A stretch of 61,449 nucleotides of DNA, the filler included. It is 6 parts of 6 records of this genome, joined end to end, with 100 filler letters (N's around TTAATTAATTAA, not from the genome) between each part and the next. Parts side by side here need not be neighbours in the genome. Positions count along the whole stretch, not along the records: positions 11,276 to 38,726 come from DRR378314_503; 5 more parts are not named here. One strand, 5' to 3'. The notes below the pieces were generated by a model, which saw only the letters and a list, made by a program, of their open reading frames with translations, searched no databases and was not told the origin of the DNA. The position numbers and the translations under genes are program-made. Below are positions 12,255 to 19,843 of the stretch, one piece after another (within the stretch, counting starts at the first letter, position 1; each line of letters starts with the position of its first letter).

Positions 12255-13757
12255 TTATTGGGAAATACGGTAGGAAAGCGCCTCTGCGACGTGATCGCGC
12301 GCAATGCCTGCATCTCCATCGAGATCGGCAATGGTGCGCGCGACGCGCAAAACGCGGTGGTACCCGCGTGCGCCGAGGCCAAAGCAATCCGAGGCCTGCA
12401 GCATCAACGCGCGGCCCTCGGTGTCCAGTTCGGCGACATCCTCGAGGACACGCCCCTCTGCATCCGCATTCACCGTGGCACCGTCACATGCCGCGTATCT
12501 TTCGGCTTGCACAGCGCGCGCCCTTGCCACCCGTTCGGCAACCGAGGCCGAGCATTCGCCGGGGCGGCTGCGTTCCAGATCCGCGAATGGCACCGGTTCG
12601 ACGTCAATCCGCAGATCGAAACGATCCATCATTGGTCCTGAAATCCGCCCCATGTAGTCGGCGCCGCAGGCCGGAGCCCGCGAACATGCGCGCGCCGGGT
12701 CGCTCATATAGCCGCAGCGGCAGGGATTGGCGGCGGCCACCAGCATGAACCGGCTGGGGTAGCGGATGTGGGCATTGGCACGGGCCACCATGACATCGCC
12801 GGTCTCCAGCGGCTGGCGCAGGGTCTCCAGAACCGCCCGGGCAAATTCCGGCAGCTCGTCGAGAAACAGCACCCCGTTGTGCGCCAGGCTGATCTCGCCC
12901 GGTTGTGCCCGCCGTCCACCCCCGACAATCGCGGCCATTGAGGCGGTGTGATGCGGTGCCCGATAGGGGCGGCTGCGGCTGACGCCACCTGCTTCGATCA
13001 GCCCGCAGATCGAATGGATCATCGAGGTTTCCAGCGCCTCCTGCGGTGTAAGGGGCGGCAGGATGGACGACAGGCGCGCGGCCAGCATGGATTTCCCTGC
13101 CCCCGGCGGCCCGCTCATCAGGAGATGATGACGGCCAGCAGCGGCGATTTCCAATGCCCGCCGCGCCACCTGTTGTCCCTTCACATCACAAAGATCCTTG
13201 TCCGATGCGGTTTCGATGACCTCACCTGCGGTGGCAGGCGCAATGACGCCTTTCCCGGTGAAGTGGCGGATCACCTCGGTCAGGGAGGCGGCCCCGATGA
13301 CCGGCGTTGCCTCGACCCATGCGGCCTCGGCGCTCGATCCCTTTGGGCAGAGCAGGCTGCGGTCCTGTTCTGCGGCCGCGAGGGCCGCAGGCAAGGCGCC
13401 GGTGATGGCGACCAACGTGCCGTCGAGAGACAGTTCACCAAGCGACAGTGTCTCCTCCGCAGCCTCCGGCGGCAGGATCTCCAGCGCTGTCAACAACGCC
13501 ACCGCGATGGGAAGGTCAAAGTGGCTGCCTTCCTTGGGCAGGTCGGCAGGGGAGAGATTTATGGTGATGCGTTTTGAGGGCAAGGCGATCGACATCACCG
13601 CCAAGGCCGAGCGGACCCGGTCGCGCGCTTCGCTGACCGCCTTGTCGGGCAGGCCGACGATGGAGAAGGCGGGCAATCCCGGAGATACCGCGCATTGCAC
13701 CTCCACCGGGCAGGCCTCGACACCCTGAAATGAAACTGTATGAGCGCGTGAAATCAT
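12255..13757 (-). CDS. comM: YifB/ComM Mg-chelatase-like AAA+ ATPase
   Basis: NLSPADLPKEGSHFDLPIA, Walker A GPPGAGKS, PHH, GEISLAHNGVLFLDE, NPCRCG. Confidence 0.93.
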   Translation of the reverse strand: MISRAHTVSFQGVEACPVEVQCAVSPGLPAFSIVGLPDKAVSEARDRVRSALAVMSIALPSKRITINLSPADLPKEGSHFDLPIAVALLTALEILPPEAAEETLSLGELSLDGTLVAITGALPAALAAAEQDRSLLCPKGSSAEAAWVEATPVIGAASLTEVIRHFTGKGVIAPATAGEVIETASDKDLCDVKGQQVARRALEIAAAGRHHLLMSGPPGAGKSMLAARLSSILPPLTPQEALETSMIHSICGLIEAGGVSRSRPYRAPHHTASMAAIVGGGRRAQPGEISLAHNGVLFLDELPEFARAVLETLRQPLETGDVMVARANAHIRYPSRFMLVAAANPCRCGYMSDPARACSRAPACGADYMGRISGPMMDRFDLRIDVEPVPFADLERSRPGECSASVAERVARARAVQAERYAACDGATVNADAEGRVLEDVAELDTEGRALMLQASDCFGLGARGYHRVLRVARTIADLDGDAGIARDHVAEALSYRISQ

Positions 13758-13814
13758 CTCTGTCCCCCGAGGTCCCTCGGTTGAGAGCCTCGAAGGACAG
13801 CATTGGGAAACGTG

Positions 13815-13830
13815 GTTACTGATTGGTTAA
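13815..13830 (-). promoter_or_regulatory. Probable CtrA-binding site upstream of comM
   Basis: Minus strand reads TTAA-CCAATCA-GTAAC, one mismatch to TTAA-N7-TTAAC, 58-73 nt upstream of the comM ATG. A further TTAAC(C) half-site lies at 13839-13844. Confidence 0.55.
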
Positions 13831-13858
13831 ATGCGCCGTTAACCGGTCGCGAAATCGC

Positions 13859-14539
13859 TCATAGCTGCCAGGGCGCGCGCTCAAGATCTTGCAGGTAGGG
13901 TTCTGGATCATAGGTGACCGTCTGCGCCGCCGTTTGCCAGGCCAGTACCGCCGGGTCGCGCAGCAGCTCCGTGCAATAGGCGCGGGTTTCGGCTGACACG
14001 GGCAGGTCGTAGCCGATGATCCGGGCGGCGACAGGAGTATAGAACACCTCGGCCAGACCGTAGCTCCCGAACAGGGGTCCGGTCGTCTGACCGGAAAGGG
14101 TGCGGGCGTGGGCGAAAAGGGTTTCGATCCTTGCCAGATCAGCACTGACGGCATCGGAGGGCTCAAATCCGCGCCAGATATGGCTGAGTTGCATCGGGCA
14201 GTCGCCGCGCAGCGCCGCAAACCCGGAGGTCATCTCGGCACAAAGCCACCGCGCGGTGGCACGAAGTGTTGCGTCAGCCGGCCAGAGCCCCGCATTGGGG
14301 TGTCGTTCGGCCAGGGTTTCGCCCATGGCCAGAGTCTCCCCCACGACGGTGCCATCGGGCAGTTGCAGCGTGGGCACCAGCCGCGCCGGGGCAAGATTGG
14401 CAAGGTCTTGTGCCATGGTTCCTGAATAAAGCCCGACCAGCTGCACCTGATGCGGCAGAGAGAACTTTTCGAGCATGAGCCAGCCGCGCAAAGACCAGCT
14501 GGAATACATGCGATCACCGATGTAGAGTGTATATGTCAT
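13859..14539 (-). CDS. Glutathione S-transferase family protein
   Basis: MTYTLYIGDRMYSSWSLRGWL N-terminus, VPTL...GETLA and EMTSGFAALRGDCPM. Confidence 0.88.
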   Translation of the reverse strand: MTYTLYIGDRMYSSWSLRGWLMLEKFSLPHQVQLVGLYSGTMAQDLANLAPARLVPTLQLPDGTVVGETLAMGETLAERHPNAGLWPADATLRATARWLCAEMTSGFAALRGDCPMQLSHIWRGFEPSDAVSADLARIETLFAHARTLSGQTTGPLFGSYGLAEVFYTPVAARIIGYDLPVSAETRAYCTELLRDPAVLAWQTAAQTVTYDPEPYLQDLERAPWQL

Positions 14540-14599
14540 GTCACCAACTATCGGGCGATGTGGCCCCATCAGTAAATCTAATGTTTGTGCTGTGAATAA

Positions 14600-15181
14600 T
14601 CACAAAATTTGATTTATTGCGTCAACCTGCCAACCTGTTTCCGCGTGGCTGATCTGCGTGAGCGAAAGGTTGTCAATCTTTTGCGAAAACGCTTCTGTTG
14701 CAGTGATGCCCGCAGCCCGCTGCAGCTGGCAGAGGATCTGGCCGAAATGTCCGACAACGACGATGTCTTGCCCGGCGTGCGTCTGCACTAACTCGTTGAA
14801 ACATTGTGTGACACGCTGCAGGAGCATATTCCAGCTCTCGCCATTGGGCGCGGCGACATCTCCGGGTTGCTCCCAGAAGGCCCGGATATGGTCGGGCGAT
14901 TCTGCATCAATGTCGCTCCAGCGGCGCAGTTCCCAGTCCCCAAAATGCATTTCACGCAGGGCCTGCGCGTGGGGCAGGCGACAGCGCTGCCCCTGAATCG
15001 CATCGGCAGTTGTCACTGCGCGGTCGAGATCAGAGGAAATCACCGCGGCGTCATCCGGCAGGGCCTCGGATAAACGGGCCAGGGCGGCGGTATCAGAGAG
15101 ATCGGCCGGTAGATTGGACCAGCCAACCATGCTCTTGGCGTGGGTCGGGCCATGCCGCACCATGTGAAATCGGGTGATCAT
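14600..15181 (-). CDS. Histidine phosphatase family protein (CobC-like alpha-ribazole phosphatase)
   Basis: RHG motif, SSDLDRA, LREMHFGDWE, NGES, VGHFG; start overlaps the cobU stop. Confidence 0.85.
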   Translation of the reverse strand: MITRFHMVRHGPTHAKSMVGWSNLPADLSDTAALARLSEALPDDAAVISSDLDRAVTTADAIQGQRCRLPHAQALREMHFGDWELRRWSDIDAESPDHIRAFWEQPGDVAAPNGESWNMLLQRVTQCFNELVQTHAGQDIVVVGHFGQILCQLQRAAGITATEAFSQKIDNLSLTQISHAETGWQVDAINQIL

Positions 15182-15696
15182 AGCGCCCCCTTCAACACCA
15201 TGGGCAGACCTGCCGCCACCATCACCACACAATCCGCCCGGGCTGCGAGCGCGATGTTGAGCCGCCCCTGTGCCTCGCGAAACCGGCGGGCGAGCGCGTT
15301 TTCGGGCACGATGCCAAGGCCGGTCTCGTTGGTGACCACGACAATGTCCGCCGCACAGTTGTCGAAACCGGAAAGCAGCGCCTCGGTTTGCTGTTGAAGG
15401 TCATGATCTGCCAAAAGATGATTGGTCAGCCACATCGTCGCGCAATCCATCAGCAATACATCTTCGGGTTGAGCTTTCGGCAAGACCTTTCGCGCGTCGA
15501 AGGGCTCTTCCAGAGTGGTCCAGCCGCCGCCACGCTGCACGAGATGACGCGATACCTTCTTTTGCATTTCTTCATCAAGTATTTGTGAAGTCGCCCAGTA
15601 TAAGCGGTTTTTCCCAGTGTTGACGCAGGTTTGTTCAGCAAAAGCGGATTTGCCGGATGCTGCGCCGCCGAGAATAACTGTGACTCTGCCCGACAA
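15178..15696 (-). CDS. cobU: Adenosylcobinamide kinase/phosphate guanylyltransferase (CobU/CobP)
   Basis: TTG start after a GAGGGT RBS; GGAASGKS P-loop, WTTLEEP, DCATMWLTN, VTNETGLGIVP, GRLN, AGLP. Confidence 0.9.
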   Translation of the reverse strand: MSGRVTVILGGAASGKSAFAEQTCVNTGKNRLYWATSQILDEEMQKKVSRHLVQRGGGWTTLEEPFDARKVLPKAQPEDVLLMDCATMWLTNHLLADHDLQQQTEALLSGFDNCAADIVVVTNETGLGIVPENALARRFREAQGRLNIALAARADCVVMVAAGLPMVLKGAL

Positions 15697-15882
15697 TGTG
15701 GATACCCTCAAAGTTGTAAGTATGCTGCGTGACGTGACACGCAATGCGACTGGCAGCCAAATATGGCCCGATTGGTGATCTGCACCGTTGTTGGATCTCA
15801 AACGACAGACATCAAGACTATTTTTGAACCAAAGCCGGCCCTCACACGTTGTTAACGTAGTTCTTAGAACAGGGAGTTTAAC

Positions 15883-16761
15883 ATGGCACTGGACGAGAGC
15901 ACCGAAAACCCCCTTCCAAGGCGGGCAATGAAAGCCGAGCTTCTGGATGCAGAGACGGAGTTGGCTCTGGCCTACGCATGGCGGGACGAACAGGACGTGC
16001 AGGCGCTGCATCGACTGATCAATGCCTACATGCGTCTGGCGGTTTCCATGGCGTCGAAGTTCCGCCGATATGGCGCGCCGATGAATGACTTGATCCAGGA
16101 GGCCGGTCTGGGCCTTATGAAAGCGGCCGAGAAGTTCGATCCGGATCGCGGCGTGCGGTTCTCGACCTATGCGGTCTGGTGGATCAAGGCCTCCATTCAG
16201 GACTATGTGATGCGCAACTGGTCTATGGTGCGCACCGGGTCCACGTCTTCGCAGAAATCGCTGTTCTTCAATATGCGCCGCGTGCAGGCGCAGCTGGAAC
16301 GAGAGGCGCAGAGCGAAGGTGTCGAACTGGATCGCCACAAGCTGCAGCAAATGATCGCTGAGGAAATCGGCGTGCCGCTGCGAGATGTGGAGATGATGGA
16401 CGGCCGGCTTGCCGGTGCTGATTTCTCGCTCAATGCAATTCAGTCCGCAGATGAAGACGGGCGTGAGTGGATCGATGCGCTGGAAGACGACAGCGAACAG
16501 GCGGCCGAGCGTGTTCAGGCAGACCATGACAATCTGCAATTGCGGGAATGGCTGATTACAGCATTGAATGGCCTGAACCACCGCGAGCGCTTTATCGTAC
16601 GCGAGCGCAAATTGCGAGAAGATGCGCGCACTCTGGAGAGTCTTGGCAATGAGTTGGGCTTGTCAAAGGAACGAGTGCGTCAACTGGAGGCTGCTGCTTT
16701 TCAGAAGATGAGAAAGGCCCTTGAAGGTCAATCGCGCGAGGTGCAGAACTTCCTCGCATGA
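15883..16761 (+). CDS. rpoH2: RNA polymerase sigma-32 family factor RpoH2
   Basis: DLIQEA, KFDPDRGVRFSTYAVWWI, RpoH box QKSLFFNMRR, region 4 SKERVRQLE. Context (cobU divergent, ChaN/coaBC downstream) fits RpoH2. Confidence 0.88.
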   Translation: MALDESTENPLPRRAMKAELLDAETELALAYAWRDEQDVQALHRLINAYMRLAVSMASKFRRYGAPMNDLIQEAGLGLMKAAEKFDPDRGVRFSTYAVWWIKASIQDYVMRNWSMVRTGSTSSQKSLFFNMRRVQAQLEREAQSEGVELDRHKLQQMIAEEIGVPLRDVEMMDGRLAGADFSLNAIQSADEDGREWIDALEDDSEQAAERVQADHDNLQLREWLITALNGLNHRERFIVRERKLREDARTLESLGNELGLSKERVRQLEAAAFQKMRKALEGQSREVQNFLA

Positions 16762-17597
16762 GGATGTGTCATTCGTTTCGCGGAGGAATGCTGCAGGGTC
16801 GCTTGGCCATTGCCGTCTTTCTTGTTGCTATGTCTGTCCGGGCTGCGACAGCGGCAGATCTTGCGCCGGTCATCGCAGAAGCCGCGCGGGCGGATATCGT
16901 CCTGTTGGGTGAGGTGCACGACAACCCTACGCACCACGACAGGCAGGCGCTGCTGATTGCAGGCCTGGCCCCCAGCGCGGTGGTTTGGGAGATGCTGACC
17001 GCCGATCAGGCTGATCTGCTAACTGACGATGCTCTGCGCAACCCGGCCAAACTTGGTGACCTGCTGCAGTGGGGCAACTCAGGATGGCCAGCCTTCTCCA
17101 TGTATCAGCCGGTCTTTGAGGCCGCGACGACGGTTCAGCATTGGGGGGCGGCGGTGCCGCGTACCAAGGCGCGGGCCGCGATGGGGGATGATGTGGTGGC
17201 GTATTTCGGCGAGGACGCTGCGAACTTTGGTCTGGCCACTCCCTTGCCTGATGACGAACGGACCGTGCGAGAGGCAGATCAGCAGGCCGCGCATTGCGGG
17301 GCGCTACCGGACAATCTCCTGCCGGCGATGGTCGACATTCAGCGGCTGCGGGATGCCACTCTGGCGCGTGCGGCTTTGCGTGCGTTTGAGGCTGTCGGTG
17401 GGCCGGTGGTGGTGGTGACCGGCAATGGTCACGCCCGACGTGATCGCGGTGTTCCCATATACCTGCAGCAGGCGGCGCCTGATTTGAAGATCTTTGCACT
17501 TGGCCAATCGGAAGCCGGGCAGGTGAACGGAACCTTTGACATGGTGTTGAGCGCACCTGAGGTGTCGCGACCAGATCCCTGCGGTGCGTTCAAATAA
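16758..17597 (+). CDS. ChaN-family (haem-uptake/iron-regulated) exported protein
   Basis: Signal-like N-terminus, LLGEVHDNPTHH, WEML, QRLRDATLA, TGNGH and C-terminal DPCGAF; exact start uncertain. Confidence 0.8.
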   Translation: MRMCHSFRGGMLQGRLAIAVFLVAMSVRAATAADLAPVIAEAARADIVLLGEVHDNPTHHDRQALLIAGLAPSAVVWEMLTADQADLLTDDALRNPAKLGDLLQWGNSGWPAFSMYQPVFEAATTVQHWGAAVPRTKARAAMGDDVVAYFGEDAANFGLATPLPDDERTVREADQQAAHCGALPDNLLPAMVDIQRLRDATLARAALRAFEAVGGPVVVVTGNGHARRDRGVPIYLQQAAPDLKIFALGQSEAGQVNGTFDMVLSAPEVSRPDPCGAFK

Positions 17598-17687
17598 GCG
17601 CGACGACATTACTGGTCGCAAAAGCGTTTCCCTCAGGTGAGCAGGCGCAGTAGGGTGTCGGGCGAACGCAGCAACCGAGGGCGCATC

Positions 17688-18899
17688 ATGTTGTCAGGTA
17701 AACATATTCTGCTGATCATCGGCGGTGGCATTGCCGCCTACAAGTCGCTGGAGCTTATTCGGCGGCTGCAGGATCAGGGCGCGCGGGTGACCCCGGTTTT
17801 GACGCGTGCGGGCGAAGAATTCGTGACGCCCTTGTCGGTGTCTGCCTTGGCGGGGACCACGGTACATCGTGATCTGTTTGACCTGACCTCCGAAGCGGAA
17901 ATGGGCCATATCCAGCTATCGCGCAGTGCGGATCTGCTGGTTGTGGCTCCGGCGACGGCGGACCTGATGGCTAAGATGGCGCAGGGGCACGCCAATGATC
18001 TGGCCTCCACTTTGCTGTTGGCGACGGACACCCCGGTGCTGTTGGCGCCTGCGATGAATGTGCGTATGTGGGAGCATCCTGCAACCCGGCGCAACATCGC
18101 GCAGTTGCGCGCCGATGGCATCCAGATGGCCGGGCCCAACGAGGGCGGTATGGCCTGCGGTGAGTTCGGTCCCGGACGACTGGCAGAGCCAGAGGGAATC
18201 GTTGCGGCGATCGCGGAACGTCTTGCGTCTGGCCCGCTGCGGGGGAAACGGATCATCGTCACCTCTGGACCGACCCATGAGCCCATAGATCCGGTGAGGT
18301 ATATCGCCAATCGGTCCTCTGGCGCGCAGGGTGCGGCGGTGGCCCGTGCTCTGAGCGCATTGGGAGCCGAGGTGGTCTTCATCACGGGCCCTGCAACGGT
18401 GCCCCCTCCGGATGGGGTAGAGGTGGTGTCGGTGGAAACCGCGCGTGAGATGCAGGCTGCGGTTGAAGCTGCATTGCCGGCCGATGCGGGGGTATTTGCC
18501 GCAGCTGTTGCCGATTGGCGTGTGGCGTCCACTTCGGACCGCAAGCTGAAGAAAACCAAAGGGGGGCTGCCAACCCTGGAGTTTGCTGAGAATCCGGACA
18601 TCCTGCGAGATGTTGCGCACAGAACGAAAGACCGCCCCGCACTCGTGGTTGGGTTTGCGGCCGAAACCAACGACGTGGTGGAATATGCGACCGCCAAGCG
18701 GAACCGAAAAGGCTGCGATTGGATCGTTGCCAATGACGTTTCGCCAGAGACTGGAATCATGGGGGGAGGCGAGAACGCAGTCATTCTCATCACGGAAAAC
18801 GGGGCCGAACACTGGCCGCGCATGCCGAAGGAGCAGGTGGCTGTGCGTTTGGCCGAGAAAATATCTCTGTCCCTTGCCTCCCCTGTCCCGGGGAGGTGA
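17688..18899 (+). CDS. coaBC: Phosphopantothenoylcysteine decarboxylase/ligase
   Basis: GGIAAYKS, APATAD, PAMNVRMW, TSGPTHEPIDPVRYIANRSSG, VGFAAET, IVANDV. Confidence 0.95.
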   Translation: MLSGKHILLIIGGGIAAYKSLELIRRLQDQGARVTPVLTRAGEEFVTPLSVSALAGTTVHRDLFDLTSEAEMGHIQLSRSADLLVVAPATADLMAKMAQGHANDLASTLLLATDTPVLLAPAMNVRMWEHPATRRNIAQLRADGIQMAGPNEGGMACGEFGPGRLAEPEGIVAAIAERLASGPLRGKRIIVTSGPTHEPIDPVRYIANRSSGAQGAAVARALSALGAEVVFITGPATVPPPDGVEVVSVETAREMQAAVEAALPADAGVFAAAVADWRVASTSDRKLKKTKGGLPTLEFAENPDILRDVAHRTKDRPALVVGFAAETNDVVEYATAKRNRKGCDWIVANDVSPETGIMGGGENAVILITENGAEHWPRMPKEQVAVRLAEKISLSLASPVPGR

Positions 18900-19211
18900 T
18901 GGGGCGGTTTTACACGAAAAAGCAAGCTGCTGAGGGCCCGATCACCCATGATCGAAGGCTGATCGTTAAATATTCCGTTTTTGCTTTTTACGGAAAGTCA
19001 TTGGCTGGTTAACCACCGGAGATGTACAACCACTACAAGCTGAGCGGAGTTTTTCGATCCGTCAGTGGGTTGTTGTTTCCGTGCTGTTCGACTTTGTGCG
19101 GCACGGCCTGTGTAGGGAGGCCAGTTTGGTAATTAGTGACAAGTCGCAAGGTTCGGCGATAAAAGCGTCCGGATCGGATCAGAAACCTGCCTGGCTCAGC
19201 AGGGGACGAAG

Positions 19212-19586
19212 ATGACAAGCGGTGATCTTGATATACTGGTTCTGGAGGATGATAATCTCCTGGGGCAACTTATGTGCGATATGATCCGCATGTACCGTAT
19301 CGGTGCGCCGCAGCTTTCTACCAGTGAGCTGGATGCCTGTCAGATGATGGAAAATCATCATTTTGACATGTGTATTCTGGACATCAACCTGCGGGGTCGG
19401 TTGTGCGACCGGGCCGTTGCGGTGGCGAATGCCAGAGCGATCCCGGTGCTTGTCATGGCAGATGGAGATGATGCGGAACAATTGTCGACCCGCCCGGCGC
19501 GTGAAGTGGTCGTTCGAAAGCCTGCCAGTGAGGAGGATATCCGGAACGCGGTTTCACAACTTTTACGGTACGAGCCGGTGCGTTGA
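19212..19586 (+). CDS. Single-domain response regulator (receiver)
   Basis: LEDD acidic pair, ILDINL phospho-Asp and RKP; no output domain. Confidence 0.8.
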   Translation: MTSGDLDILVLEDDNLLGQLMCDMIRMYRIGAPQLSTSELDACQMMENHHFDMCILDINLRGRLCDRAVAVANARAIPVLVMADGDDAEQLSTRPAREVVVRKPASEEDIRNAVSQLLRYEPVR

Positions 19587-19843
19587 ACCTGTCATCGTCC
19601 GGGGATTGGTCTGAATTCAGGACGGGAGAAAGTGCTGTGCATCTTGCCAATCCATTCCGATATATGGAAAAATATAACCCATAGGTGATTTTCTGCGTGC
19701 GTTCGTCATGCTAGCCTGATTGAGAAGGGCGCAACAATACGTGATCGAAGCGCGTTGGCTCGGAACCTGTTCGACGTCCGTCTGCCGCCTAAGCCTTATG
19801 TCCTGCAGTCAGTCGGCATGATTTCGTTCATGAAGGTATACGG

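Noticed and set aside
15776..15870. RpoE or CtrA promoter for rpoH2
   Set aside because: TGATCT and TTAA-N8-TTAG are present, but spacing and -10 elements do not fit well enough to call.
15697..16581. 467-aa CobU with long N-terminal extension
   Set aside because: The extension is the antisense shadow of rpoH2; a TTG start with RBS at 15696 gives a normal-sized CobU.
17774..18949. Long antisense ORFs (also 26659-27879, 33887-34882, 36194-36964)
   Set aside because: Shadow frames of GC-rich genuine genes, with no motifs.
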